Shown one piece after another: positions 10,276 through 20,683 of a stretch of DNA of 57,473 nucleotides. Both the position numbers and the translations under genes were made by a program. Source of the DNA: an uncultured Rhodopirellula sp. (GTDB taxonomy: Bacteria; Planctomycetota; Planctomycetia; Pirellulales; Pirellulaceae). Numbering within the stretch: position 1 is the first letter of the stretch; every line of letters begins with the position of its first letter. The notes beneath the pieces were generated by a model. The model saw nothing but the letters and a program-made list of their open reading frames with translations. It ran no database searches and was not told the origin of the DNA. The stretch spans positions 1 to 57,473 of the forward strand of contig CAXGAI010000029.1 in the NCBI GenBank assembly GCA_964007735.1, in the 5' to 3' direction.

Positions 10276-11613
10276 TTAGAAAGTACGTTCGACGAATTTC
10301 GTGTCGATCGTTCCTGCCGCGAACTCAGGATGAGTAAGGACTTTCTTATGGAATGGAGCAGTTGTCTCAATTCCTTCTACCTTAAGTTCATCCAGGCAGC
10401 GAAGCATGGTTGCGATGGCTTCTTCACGAGTCGGGCGATGAACTAACAGCTTGGCGATCATCGAGTCATAGTACGGTGGAACAGTGTAACCCGCGTGAAC
10501 ATGAGATTCCCAACGCACGCCAAGGCCACCCGGAATTATCAAATGCTCGATTTTACCCGGACAAGGTTGGAAGTTTTTGTCTGGATTCTCAGCATTGATG
10601 CGACATTCGATTGCATGACCTTCACACTTCACATCTTCCTGCTTGAACGGCAGTTCTTCACCGGAAGCGACAATGATTTGAGATTTGATCAAATCGATTC
10701 CTGTTACCAGTTCAGAAACCGGGTGTTCTACCTGAATACGAGCGTTCACTTCGATAAAGTAGAAGTTGTTGTCTTTGTCGACAATGAACTCGACAGTACC
10801 CGCATTGAAGTAATTTGCTTCGCGAATCATGCGAACAGCAGCATCACAGATGGCATTGCGAGTTTCGATGGGCAGGTTGGTCGCCGGTGATTCTTCAATC
10901 AGCTTTTGATGCCGTCGTTGAGTCGAGCAGTCACGTTCCCACAAGTGAATCACGTTGCCATGCTGATCAGCGATAACCTGAACTTCCACATGACGAGGGC
11001 TGCCGACATATTTTTCGATATAGATACCTGGATTGCCAAACGCAGCAGCGGCTTCCTGTTGAGCCGCCTGAAGTGCATTTTCCAGATCATCTTCCGTCTC
11101 TGCCACACGCATCCCTTTACCACCACCACCAGCGGTAGCCTTGATGAGCACGGGGAAACCGATATCCGCCGCAACTTTCTTGGCTTGTTTAATATCTTCG
11201 ATTAGACCATCAGAACCTGGTACAACGGGTACCTCTGCGGCCACCGCCATTTTACGAGCGGTGTTTTTATCCCCCAGTTTCTCCATCGATTCCGGAAGCG
11301 GACCGATGAAATCGATTTCGCAATTGCGACAAACGTCATTGAAGTGAGCATTTTCGGAAAGGAATCCGTAACCGGGATGGATCGCATCGGCGTTGCCGAC
11401 TTCAGCGGCACTAATCACACGATCGATCTTAAGATAACTCTCATTGGAGCGAACACCCCCAACACAATAAGCTTCATCCGCAAGGTCAAGGTAGGCTGAA
11501 CCCCTGTCACCTTCGCTGTAGATTGCGATCGTTTCAATACCCAGCTCTTTACAGGCTCGGATAACGCGAAGTGCGATTTCGCCTCGGTTTGCGACTAGGA
11601 TACGTTTGTACAT
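10276..11613 (-). CDS. accC: Acetyl-CoA carboxylase, biotin carboxylase subunit
   Basis: [45 protein letters not shown]. Confidence 0.96.
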   Translation of the reverse strand: MYKRILVANRGEIALRVIRACKELGIETIAIYSEGDRGSAYLDLADEAYCVGGVRSNESYLKIDRVISAAEVGNADAIHPGYGFLSENAHFNDVCRNCEIDFIGPLPESMEKLGDKNTARKMAVAAEVPVVPGSDGLIEDIKQAKKVAADIGFPVLIKATAGGGGKGMRVAETEDDLENALQAAQQEAAAAFGNPGIYIEKYVGSPRHVEVQVIADQHGNVIHLWERDCSTQRRHQKLIEESPATNLPIETRNAICDAAVRMIREANYFNAGTVEFIVDKDNNFYFIEVNARIQVEHPVSELVTGIDLIKSQIIVASGEELPFKQEDVKCEGHAIECRINAENPDKNFQPCPGKIEHLIIPGGLGVRWESHVHAGYTVPPYYDSMIAKLLVHRPTREEAIATMLRCLDELKVEGIETTAPFHKKVLTHPEFAAGTIDTKFVERTF

Positions 11614-11677
11614 AGGTCGTGTCGTCTGTTATCTGAAGGACGGATTCGGTGTCAGCTTGGTTAGCATGTGAATCGCG

Positions 11678-12142
11678 TTAGCCGCGAGTATCCACTTTGA
11701 ACATGGGCTTGCCACAGTCAACGGGGTCCTGATCATTGACCAGAACGGCGACAATTTTACCGCTGATTTCTGCCGGAATTTCGTTGAAGACTTTCATGGC
11801 TTCCACAATGCAGACGGTGGTGTCCTTACCTACACTGTCGCCCACTTTAATAAATGCCGGCGAATCTGGGTTTGAAGATGCATAAAAAGTACCAACCATT
11901 GGGCTGTCGATGGTCACGATATGGTCACCTTCGTCGTCCGCCGAAGTATCATCGGCAGGAGTAACTGGGGCCGCAACGACGGGCGCTGGAGCAGCAGCGA
12001 TAGGCTGAGCAACTCCCCCACGAGACAGTCTGACTTTCTGACCGTCTTGCTCCAGATCGATTTCGGTTAAGTCATTTTCCTTCATAAATTCAACGTATTG
12101 AAGGAGACGTTCCATATCGAAGACGTTACTGGATTTCGCCAT
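11678..12142 (-). CDS. accB: Biotin carboxyl carrier protein
   Basis: SPMVGTFY and EAMK biotinylation motif, Ala/Pro linker. Confidence 0.96.
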   Translation of the reverse strand: MAKSSNVFDMERLLQYVEFMKENDLTEIDLEQDGQKVRLSRGGVAQPIAAAPAPVVAAPVTPADDTSADDEGDHIVTIDSPMVGTFYASSNPDSPAFIKVGDSVGKDTTVCIVEAMKVFNEIPAEISGKIVAVLVNDQDPVDCGKPMFKVDTRG

Positions 12143-12315
12143 GGTCTAGTGTTCTTCCTCTAATGAAGCTTAGTTTTATCGATAATTAGCAATTCTAAGC
12201 ATAATTGCCAAAAACTACTAAGGGGTATCCACCTTATTTATAATGAGTATATGTCCCCATTTATCGGCTTTTTAATGCTATTCACAACTAGTTTTTCCCG
12301 TCAATTAGGAAAAAC

Positions 12316-13410
12316 CTACAGCTGAACAATTGCATCTTCCAGTTTCTTGGGCACGCTCGTCAAGACTTCATGGCCATCTTTTGTCACTAACACATCATCC
12401 TCGATACGCACTCCGCCCCATCCAGGCAGATAGATTCCGGGTTCTACGGTTACAACCATGCCCGGTTGTAGTGGTACGTGTTGATTTGAAGCTAAACGTG
12501 GATACTCGTGAATAAATGTTCCGATACCGTGCCCCAGACTATGTCCGAAGTACTTTCCGTAGCCTGCGTTGGCAATATGATTACGGGCTGCTGAGTCGAC
12601 TTTGCTCATGATTGCTCCTGGTTTTATTGCCTTGATAGCTTTTCGCTGCGCCTGAAGGACGGTGTTATAAACCTTTTCAAATTTAGCCGTGAGTTTACCC
12701 GTTACAATCGTTCTCGTGATGTCGCTAAGGTAGCGGTCGTAATCAGCTCCCCAGTCAAACAAACAAAAATTATCATCTCCAATACGTTGTTCACCAGGTT
12801 GAGCATGTGGAAGGGCCGCCTGAGGCCCCACGGCAACAATCGGATCAAAGCTGGTTCCACGCCCGCCAAATTGTCGAATCTGATGTTCCAGATTGAAGGC
12901 AATTTCTTTTTCAGTCTGGTCGCCCGTCAACGAAGCTTTGATGACCTCAAAGGCTTTCTGAGCCGTTTTCACAGCTTGACGAATGGTCGCAATTTCTTGC
13001 TTGTCTTTGATCTCGCGGAGCTTCTCTACCAAACTCGCTGTTGTTACCAGGTTGACGTTTGGTAGAGCCCCGGAAAGTGCTTCGGCTTGTCCAAGGGAAA
13101 GGGAGTTGCCCTCGAGTGCTACCGAGGAAACTTTGGCTTTGGTGATTAAATTTTTGCTTGCCTCCACCATAGACTGTACCGACGGGCGAATGACGGAATC
13201 GATGTCAGGACAGTCATGCTCGATTTCCTGGATGTAGCGGAAGTCGCTGATAATGATGGTGTTCTTTGGAAGTATAAGCAGGTAGCTGGAGTCGCCACTG
13301 AAACCAGAGAGGTAGGTGACGTTTAACTCGTCGGTCACTAACATGGCAGCGATGCCCTGTCGTTTTAGTTCTGCTCGAAGTTTCTTACGGCGTTGTACAT
13401 ATCGGCTCAT
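12316..13410 (-). CDS. pepP: Xaa-Pro aminopeptidase (M24B family)
   Basis: Creatinase N-domain (YLSGF, DFRY), SD.TRT, HSLGHGIG, HE.P, TVEPG.Y, GGVRIED. Confidence 0.9.
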   Translation of the reverse strand: MSRYVQRRKKLRAELKRQGIAAMLVTDELNVTYLSGFSGDSSYLLILPKNTIIISDFRYIQEIEHDCPDIDSVIRPSVQSMVEASKNLITKAKVSSVALEGNSLSLGQAEALSGALPNVNLVTTASLVEKLREIKDKQEIATIRQAVKTAQKAFEVIKASLTGDQTEKEIAFNLEHQIRQFGGRGTSFDPIVAVGPQAALPHAQPGEQRIGDDNFCLFDWGADYDRYLSDITRTIVTGKLTAKFEKVYNTVLQAQRKAIKAIKPGAIMSKVDSAARNHIANAGYGKYFGHSLGHGIGTFIHEYPRLASNQHVPLQPGMVVTVEPGIYLPGWGGVRIEDDVLVTKDGHEVLTSVPKKLEDAIVQL

Positions 13411-13461
13411 GTCTAAAAAGTCCTTCCTGTGAGGGAGAGGGTGTGAAGGTGGTGTTTGCGA

Positions 13462-13830
13462 TTAGGGAGACGAATCGCTCGTCGAAGTCTGTGGTTTGTT
13501 GTTCCCGTCGACTTTGACGACAATCGGTGTGTGCGGAAGTTCAGCTTCTAAAAATTGAGCGTAGCTACAGATAATAACCATGTCGCCTGGATTCATTAGA
13601 TGAGCCGCTGCACCGTTAATGCAGATTCGGCCGGAATTGCGTTCCGCCAGAATTGCATAAGTGGTCAGTCGCGTACCACGCGTGATGTTATAGATATCCA
13701 CCTGTTCATGATCGCGAATGTCAGCTAATTCGAGTAGCGCTTCGTCGATCGACACTGAACCATCGTAGTCTAACTCGGCTTCGGTCACCGTCGCCCGGTG
13801 AATCTTGCTTTTTAAATATGTGCGAATCAT
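13462..13830 (-). CDS. panD: Aspartate 1-decarboxylase
   Basis: [13 protein letters not shown] self-cleavage site, TY.I, NGAAA. Confidence 0.95.
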   Translation of the reverse strand: MIRTYLKSKIHRATVTEAELDYDGSVSIDEALLELADIRDHEQVDIYNITRGTRLTTYAILAERNSGRICINGAAAHLMNPGDMVIICSYAQFLEAELPHTPIVVKVDGNNKPQTSTSDSSP

Positions 13831-13982
13831 GCAGGTAAGGTGTTGAACTTGTATGGGAATGAAATAGGGGGGATGCTGACAGGCTTCCCGTTATTGTTCC
13901 ATCTTATGACAGAATCCCTTTTTTGTTGAGATGGGGTTTGCTTGGTTTCCCGCATAGTTTGGGATAGATCGTACCGAGTTAG

Positions 13983-16277
13983 CTATTCGCCAAGTCCAGC
14001 GATCGCGAAGGCTAAGCCGATAATTGCAAAGCAGGTTAGTACCGAAACAGTAAATCCAACAATGTCTGCTTTGGTCGGCTTCTGAATCTCCAATTGGCTG
14101 TTTGGAAACAGTTTTACGCGATCAGGTTTCTTTTCACCGCTATAGACAGCCTCTAGTTTTGCTTGATCCGCGACCGGATCGGGCAGTACTTTGGTTTTCA
14201 TCTTGGCATAGTATCGATTCAATGCTTCCTCGGAATTTCGGGCACCGGTAACGCTGGTGATCAAACTGGCAACGATCATTACCAAGAAAGGCATAATAAT
14301 CTTTGGTACTAATTCCAGGGCATTGCGGTTGGCTTTTGATTGCCCGGCAATATCCACACCCAAAGGGAGAAAGAATGCAAGGTTGAGCTTGAAGTTGCCT
14401 GCTCCTTGCATTTCAGTACTCTGCGGGTAGCCATAGGTGGTAACAGTTTTGTCACCTTCGGTAACGGTATTTACCACGATTGGTTTGATACTGGAATCTA
14501 CGGGGACGATACGGTCCCAGAAGATTGCCTGCCCACCAGTGTATAGTTTGGGAGTGCCGTCATCGTTGGTTTCAAATTCGCGCGGAGTTGAAACATTAAT
14601 TTTGTTTTTACCCACTTCTAAGACCATTAGATCTGTTCCGGCTTCATTAGGAACCTTGATCTGGGTTCGTTCCTTATTAATAAACTCAGGTTTGAGTCTT
14701 TCGTGAGCGGCTTTTTCAATATCAGCTCGGTCTTTGCCTGCAAGTTCAACGGTTTTCTCCTGCCACGCTTCAAGTTGCAAGGCAAGGTGTTTACGAATGG
14801 AAACCTTGTTTAGAACCTCTCGGGAAACAGTGTGTGTCATGGGGGATGCTTGTAGGAAGGAATCATTCGTTCTCCAGCTAGGAACAATCATCGGTCCAAA
14901 GTAAGGAATCATGGTGAAAAACAGCAGGCAGTAGGCCACAGTTATCCAGGCGGCTTTAGTCGTTGCTCGGCGCCAGTACATCCCTATCCAGAAGGGGGCC
15001 GCGAAGACCAGAGTGAACCAAAATGTGATTGTTAATTGCTGGATCATATCAAAGATCAGCAGTGAAAACATGATTGAGCCACTGACAATGATCGTGCCTG
15101 TGATCTTTCCCGTTAAAAGGCAATTTTTTTCGGAGGCATTAGGATTCAGGAAAGGTACATACAAGTTTCGAACGACTAATCCTGATCCGACAATCATGTA
15201 GGCATCTACGCTGCTCATCAGTGCTGCCAGTAGGCAGGCTAGCATCAGTCCTCGTAGTCCCGGGCCAAGCAATTGCATGGAGGTGTATCCCCAGGCTTGA
15301 TCGGGGTCTTTAATTAAGTCCGGTATGTCTGCATAGAGTGTCGCGGCGATGAGGCCAGTCAGAACCCAGCCGAGAGTACAGAATCGTTTGAGGAAATTTC
15401 CTACAACGAGCCCTATACGGGCGTCATTTTCAGTTTTTGCGCTTCCGCCACCGGTGGCGATGAAGTGCGGCTGAACGACAATCCCAAACAAATTGGAAAA
15501 GACAATGGCGATCAAGTACGCCAACGAAAAATCGGCCCCTGCTCCGCCCATGAGATCAAAGAATGACTCCGGTAACTGTTCGTGCATGACACTGAAACTT
15601 CCGTCGCCATCTGGGTTTAGCCTGGTATCACCATTAAGAGCATTGAGTCCCAGAGGAATCAGCATGCAGCTTAGAATAATCACGCAGATACCTTGAATCA
15701 GATCGGTAAAGTAAGCGGCAGTCAGTCCACCGAGCATTCCGTAGAGCAATACGATAATGCCTACAGCAGGTACGAGAACATATTGCAGTTCAATTTCGCT
15801 GCCAAACAAAGTGACGTGCTCGCCGATCATCGGTGCGGCAGTTTTGGCGATTGCTGAAAAAAACATGGAACCATAGATCATGAAAAAAACCACACCAAAA
15901 ATGGCATAGGCTCCCCCCAGCTTTTTACTTTCGTAACGTTCAACATACCAGTCACCTAAAGTTAGATGTCGCATCCGGCGATACCAAACACCAGTGATCC
16001 AGTAGAAAGGTGTGACGAACAACCAGTACATCACGCCCCACATTCCATTCATTCCTTTTGTAAATGTGCCACTTCCCGTGATGATGGGGTCTTGTGGTCC
16101 GGTGCCAGCACCAAATGCAGCAAAGGTCTGCATCAGTTTGCCAAATCCTCGACCTCCCATGAAGTAGTCTTCCTGTCTTTTGTTCAGGCGGGCACAGTAG
16201 AGCCCGATCGCAACCAAAACAAGGAAGTAAACGCCAAGGACGATGTAGTCGGCAAGGCCGATGTATTCGGGTGTCAT
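13983..16277 (-). CDS. Sodium:solute symporter (SSS family) with a large C-terminal hydrophilic insertion
   Basis: DYFMGGR, Y..LGGL.A..FTD.IQG and LAALMSS motifs, about 14 TM segments. Confidence 0.9.
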   Translation of the reverse strand: MTPEYIGLADYIVLGVYFLVLVAIGLYCARLNKRQEDYFMGGRGFGKLMQTFAAFGAGTGPQDPIITGSGTFTKGMNGMWGVMYWLFVTPFYWITGVWYRRMRHLTLGDWYVERYESKKLGGAYAIFGVVFFMIYGSMFFSAIAKTAAPMIGEHVTLFGSEIELQYVLVPAVGIIVLLYGMLGGLTAAYFTDLIQGICVIILSCMLIPLGLNALNGDTRLNPDGDGSFSVMHEQLPESFFDLMGGAGADFSLAYLIAIVFSNLFGIVVQPHFIATGGGSAKTENDARIGLVVGNFLKRFCTLGWVLTGLIAATLYADIPDLIKDPDQAWGYTSMQLLGPGLRGLMLACLLAALMSSVDAYMIVGSGLVVRNLYVPFLNPNASEKNCLLTGKITGTIIVSGSIMFSLLIFDMIQQLTITFWFTLVFAAPFWIGMYWRRATTKAAWITVAYCLLFFTMIPYFGPMIVPSWRTNDSFLQASPMTHTVSREVLNKVSIRKHLALQLEAWQEKTVELAGKDRADIEKAAHERLKPEFINKERTQIKVPNEAGTDLMVLEVGKNKINVSTPREFETNDDGTPKLYTGGQAIFWDRIVPVDSSIKPIVVNTVTEGDKTVTTYGYPQSTEMQGAGNFKLNLAFFLPLGVDIAGQSKANRNALELVPKIIMPFLVMIVASLITSVTGARNSEEALNRYYAKMKTKVLPDPVADQAKLEAVYSGEKKPDRVKLFPNSQLEIQKPTKADIVGFTVSVLTCFAIIGLAFAIAGLGE

Positions 16278-16294
16278 AGGAGGAATCCGGAGAA

Positions 16295-17017
16295 CTAGAG
16301 GTGAATGATTTTAGAGTGGGAGGACAGTTTGGGCAGGATGGAGTGCGTGTCGAGTTGTGCACATAACTTAATATCGCTAACCATACCCGCTTGTTGCAAG
16401 TTTTTCCCGCCCCGGCTAACCAATAATTTTTCCAAGATGCTTTGGTTTAGATCGTCACTTTGTTCACACTGCTGCCAAAGGTCGATGGCTAAAAGTGCCT
16501 GATCATTTTGTTGGCTTTCATCTCGACTGGCAGCTAATGCCCCGGCGAGTAATGTGTCTTCCAGCGTGATCTCACCATTAGTGCCGGCACAGACAATGTT
16601 GACCTTGGGATGGCCGGCAATTGCATTGGTAATGGTTGTCAAGTTGGCAAAGGCAGCAATTAAAATTTGGTCCGCCCCAAGGCAGGCCATTAAGGCTCGC
16701 GTACCATTCGTCGTTGTCAGAGTGATCTCCTTGTCGGCAACAAGGTTCTGGGTGTATTCGGCCGGAGAGTTTCCAAAATCAAACCCTTCAAGTCTTATGC
16801 AGTCGCGTTCACCTCCGAGCAGACTGCCGGTTCCGGCCGCAACTTCTCGAGCTTCTTCGACCGTGATAACCGGGGTAATGGAGGCCGCCTGATTTCCCAA
16901 TGCATTAACAATGGTTGTGGTCGCTCGCAGCACATCGATTACGACACAACGGGAGTCTTTGATGACGTTGTCGGTAGGAATTAAATCGGGAATTAAAAAG
17001 ACGTTTGTTTGTGACAT
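16295..17017 (-). CDS. comB: 2-phosphosulfolactate phosphatase family protein
   Basis: VIDVLRATTT, GGER, FDFGNSP, TTTNGT, CAG...ED...AG. Confidence 0.88.
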   Translation of the reverse strand: MSQTNVFLIPDLIPTDNVIKDSRCVVIDVLRATTTIVNALGNQAASITPVITVEEAREVAAGTGSLLGGERDCIRLEGFDFGNSPAEYTQNLVADKEITLTTTNGTRALMACLGADQILIAAFANLTTITNAIAGHPKVNIVCAGTNGEITLEDTLLAGALAASRDESQQNDQALLAIDLWQQCEQSDDLNQSILEKLLVSRGGKNLQQAGMVSDIKLCAQLDTHSILPKLSSHSKIIHL

Positions 17018-17156
17018 GAAAAGAAAAACAGCGGTTTATGACAGGTGATGGCTCGTGGATAATTCCCACAGGGAGATGTTAGAGTTACTATACAGTATCA
17101 GTCCGCCAGCCGGAGGGCTGGCGGTGGGCAGATCCTCAAAGGATTTTTTTAACTTC

Positions 17157-17876
17157 ATGGTTAAAGTAGATAAATCGAATCAACGAGTGCAGCGGATGTT
17201 TGGCCAGATTGCGTCAAACTACGACCGCATGAATCATCTCTTATCGATGAATGTAGATCGCTACTGGCGTTGGCGAACCGTTCGTAAAGTGTCGCCCTCA
17301 GGTGATGCACCGATCTTGGATATTTGTACAGGCACTGGAGATCTAGCCTTTGCATACTGTCGAAAAGCGGGTGGCAGAGTGCCGGTCTTCAGCGCTGACT
17401 TTACGCGGGAAATGTTGCAGATTGGTGAGAAAAAAAAGAGACGTAAGTCTATCTATCAAAACGTTCGATTTATCGAAGCCGATGCTCAGCAACTGCCCTT
17501 TGATGATGACACCTTTCAGATCGTATCGGTATCATTTGGCTTGCGTAATATCTCCGATACAGATCGGGGGTTGCGCGAAATGGCTAGGGTTTGCCAGCCT
17601 GGCGGGAAAGTAGCAGTGCTCGAGTTTTCAAAGCCTGGATGGCAGCCGTTTAAGGCATTCTACGATTTTTATATGAACCGCATTCTGCCAAAAATTGGAC
17701 AATTCTTTGCAAAGAACGAAGAAGAGGCTTACAGCTACTTGCCGGAAAGTGTCTCAGAATTTCCGGATGGGCAAAGACTCGTTGACCGAATGCACGGTAA
17801 CGGCTTGATTAATGGTAGGTATTACCCACTTACCGGTGGCATTGCAACGCTTTATGTAGCTGAGAAACCAGCATGA
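17157..17876 (+). CDS. menG: Demethylmenaquinone methyltransferase (UbiE/MenG)
   Basis: MF..IA..YD.MN..LS, LDICTGTGD, SFGLRN, Y.YL.ES; start ATG 17157. Confidence 0.92.
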   Translation: MVKVDKSNQRVQRMFGQIASNYDRMNHLLSMNVDRYWRWRTVRKVSPSGDAPILDICTGTGDLAFAYCRKAGGRVPVFSADFTREMLQIGEKKKRRKSIYQNVRFIEADAQQLPFDDDTFQIVSVSFGLRNISDTDRGLREMARVCQPGGKVAVLEFSKPGWQPFKAFYDFYMNRILPKIGQFFAKNEEEAYSYLPESVSEFPDGQRLVDRMHGNGLINGRYYPLTGGIATLYVAEKPA

Positions 17877-18535
17877 CGATTGAGAATACCACAGGAGATA
17901 GTCGATCCGTCGTATTGGCAATTAGCGGGGCCAGCGGAGCCGTTTACAGCGTACGGCTGTTACAGCAACTCGTAGCCTTGGCCATTCCGGTCCAACTAAC
18001 GATTAGCAATGCCGGGTGCCAGGTCATCGAACAGGAATTGGGATTGGTGGTTGACGTTGATCGTCCGTCAGTTGATGAACTGCTTGGGTATCAGGTGCCC
18101 GGCTGTCCGATCCTGGAGTTGCCTCCCGAGCGAGAGGTTCAGGTATATCACTACAAAGATTTGATGAGTCCAATAGCGAGCGGTTCTCACCGCACTTACG
18201 GCATGGTCATCTGTCCGTGTAGTGGGGGGACATTGGGGAGTATTGCTGGCGGCATAAGCGGGAATCTGATTCACCGTGGTGCAGAAGTTCATTTGAAGGA
18301 ACGTCGCAAGCTCATCTTTGTAACTCGCGAGACTCCATTATCCCCGATTGCGATTGAAAATATGCAGCGAGTAACGGCAGCCGGGGGGATTGTGTTGCCA
18401 GCCAGTCCGGGGTGGTATCACGGTGTCCAGTCGCTCGGAGACCTGGTGGATTTTGTCGTCGCCAGAATTCTTGATCAATTAGAAATCGATAATCAACTCA
18501 TCGATCGCTGGGGGGAAGGAGCGTTAGATGTCTGA
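17873..18535 (+). CDS. ubiX: Flavin prenyltransferase UbiX family
   Basis: SGASGA, IASGS, PCS..TL, KERR.L...RETP, P..P.WY. Confidence 0.92.
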   Translation: MTIENTTGDSRSVVLAISGASGAVYSVRLLQQLVALAIPVQLTISNAGCQVIEQELGLVVDVDRPSVDELLGYQVPGCPILELPPEREVQVYHYKDLMSPIASGSHRTYGMVICPCSGGTLGSIAGGISGNLIHRGAEVHLKERRKLIFVTRETPLSPIAIENMQRVTAAGGIVLPASPGWYHGVQSLGDLVDFVVARILDQLEIDNQLIDRWGEGALDV

Positions 18536-19490
18536 CGCTCCGAAAGAGTCCGTAGGCGTCTTTCAAAAGCTCAAAACAATTTTGGAGATGATACGGTTTA
18601 GCCACACTATCTTTGCCTTGCCATTCGCTTTGTTGTCGGCTGTCATGTGCTGGACGGTGCCTCCGCTTGAATCGGTAGATCTGGAATTGCCGGGCTTTCG
18701 GAGTATTCACCTGGTTGGGATTGTCGTGTGTATGGTCTTCGCACGCAGTGCTGCCATGGCTTTTAATCGAGCAGCGGATCATAAAATTGATAAAGACAAT
18801 CCGAGGACTCAAAACCGCCATATTCCGTCAGGAAAGCTGTCTTTGAAAAGTGTCGTCGTGTTCACGGTTGTTAACAGCATCCTTTTCGTTGCTGCGACCC
18901 TGCTCTTCCTGCCTAACCGTCTGCCTATTTACTTATCAGTACCGGTGCTCGGATTTCTTTGTCTATACAGTTACACGAAACGATTTACTTCACTGGCGCA
19001 TTTCTATTTGGGTGTTAGCCTGATGCTTGCACCAATTAGCACGTGGATTGCCCTGCGAGGTCAAGTCATGATGGTTTCGCCGGCCGATTGTTTGCCGTCG
19101 GTTTTGATTGGCCTGATCGTGCTGTTTTGGGTTGGTGGTTTTGACATTATATATGCCTGTCAGGATGCGGTCTTTGACAAGGAAGCGAAACTCAAGAGTG
19201 TCCCAGCGAAGTTGGGAGTGAAAGGAGCTTTGCGTATTGCAGCGTTGTCTCATCTGATCATGATTGGCTGTATGTTGTTGTTGCCGCAGGTGCATCACGC
19301 TGGTGGGCCGGTATTAGGGTTGGGTTGGATCTACTATACGGCAGTAGTCGCCGTTAGCATTTTGTTGGCATACGAACATTCAATGGTCACCGCGGAGGAT
19401 TTGAATCGCGTAAACATTGCATTTTTTAATGTGAATTCTGTAATCAGTGTCGGACTGTTCTTGATTGTGTCACTGGACTTACTGATATAA
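18528..19490 (+). CDS. mqnP: UbiA-family prenyltransferase of the futalosine pathway (MqnP-like)
   Basis: HTIFALPFA, ARSAAMAFNR..D..ID..NPRT..R.IP, YSYTKRF, FDIIYA.QD, AFF..N. Confidence 0.85.
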   Translation: MSDAPKESVGVFQKLKTILEMIRFSHTIFALPFALLSAVMCWTVPPLESVDLELPGFRSIHLVGIVVCMVFARSAAMAFNRAADHKIDKDNPRTQNRHIPSGKLSLKSVVVFTVVNSILFVAATLLFLPNRLPIYLSVPVLGFLCLYSYTKRFTSLAHFYLGVSLMLAPISTWIALRGQVMMVSPADCLPSVLIGLIVLFWVGGFDIIYACQDAVFDKEAKLKSVPAKLGVKGALRIAALSHLIMIGCMLLLPQVHHAGGPVLGLGWIYYTAVVAVSILLAYEHSMVTAEDLNRVNIAFFNVNSVISVGLFLIVSLDLLI

Positions 19491-19566
19491 TCCCACACGT
19501 TGGAAGGGGGATCTGTTCTGAGACGTCTTTTAGCATGGCCTGCGTTTTCAGAAGGAGTGAACCGAC

Positions 19567-20679
19567 GTGTCAACTAAAACAATTTTGTTGTTCTATGTGT
19601 TGTCCTATGTGTTATTCGGCACCTTACTTGGTTGTGTTGGTGAGAATTCAGAGCCATCGCCAGTCGGTGAGGAGAAAACAGCGACCGACACCAATGGTGC
19701 TCAGCAGTTGATACGGGAGGAAAGTGTTTCTGAAACGGCTTCCCTAAAACCGATTGAGGCACAAACTGTGCCGATTCAGCTGGATGAAGCGATTGGTGAT
19801 TTGCTAACCACGCTCGGTGATGGTGCAACGAAAGATCGAATTGTTGCGAGCACAGCCCTTGGTGAACAAGCGGCAAAAGTTGTAAGTCAACATGCCGACT
19901 GGTTAAAAGCTGGCAGTGTTTCCCAGCGTCGGGGAATGATGTTAATGATGACAGGTAAAGCGCAGGTTTTTCCCGACGAGACTTTTAGTTTGGTCAAACT
20001 GGCACTTGCTGACGATGACAGTAAGGTGCGGAGTATCGGCGTTCAGTTGATACGTCAATTGTTACCGACACAAGCCGCAGAGCTTCATATGCATTTGCTT
20101 GAGATGATGAAAGACAAGCAGGAAATGCCGGCTATTCGAAATTCTATTTTGCGTCTTATCGCACTTGTGCCGGGCGACGTGTTGCAAACAGAAACAGCAC
20201 TCAGTGATTTGATATTGGCTGAGGGCGATGATCCCACGGTCAAGCAGGCTGCATTACAGTCCTATGTCAAGCTGGCCCCGGCTGAACCGGCGATTGCCAC
20301 TTTGGTTTCTGTATTGGAGAACTCGAACAGTAATGAAGTTAAACGGACGACGGCAGTACTGTTAGGAAAGTACGGAACCAGGTCCAAAGGAGCCGTGGAA
20401 TTGCTTGGAGGCCTGATCGAGACAGACGATGAAGATCTTCAGGAAGCATCAGCCGAAGCATTGGCTCGAATCGGTAGCCCATCGATTGATGTATTGGTGG
20501 CAAAACTCGACTCGAAGAAGCTACTTACCCGACAAATGGCAATCTTCACTCTGGGAGTGATCGGACCTTCTGCACGCGATCATGTCCGGAGGTTGGAAGG
20601 CTTTATTACTGAAGGTGATCCGGATACCAGTTTAATTGCCAAGGAAGCGATTTTTAGCATATTGAAGCCGCGTCAGTAA
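19567..20679 (+). CDS. HEAT-repeat lipoprotein, function unknown
   Basis: Signal peptide ending in LLGC; repeated helical pairs (L.D.D..VR..A, A.EAL.RIG, AI..LG.IG). Confidence 0.7.
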   Translation: MSTKTILLFYVLSYVLFGTLLGCVGENSEPSPVGEEKTATDTNGAQQLIREESVSETASLKPIEAQTVPIQLDEAIGDLLTTLGDGATKDRIVASTALGEQAAKVVSQHADWLKAGSVSQRRGMMLMMTGKAQVFPDETFSLVKLALADDDSKVRSIGVQLIRQLLPTQAAELHMHLLEMMKDKQEMPAIRNSILRLIALVPGDVLQTETALSDLILAEGDDPTVKQAALQSYVKLAPAEPAIATLVSVLENSNSNEVKRTTAVLLGKYGTRSKGAVELLGGLIETDDEDLQEASAEALARIGSPSIDVLVAKLDSKKLLTRQMAIFTLGVIGPSARDHVRRLEGFITEGDPDTSLIAKEAIFSILKPRQ

Positions 20680-20683
20680 GCCC

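Noticed and set aside
12142..12316. Possible efp remnant between pepP and accB
   Set aside because: The gap is AT-rich promoter-like DNA with no recognisable EF-P coding trace
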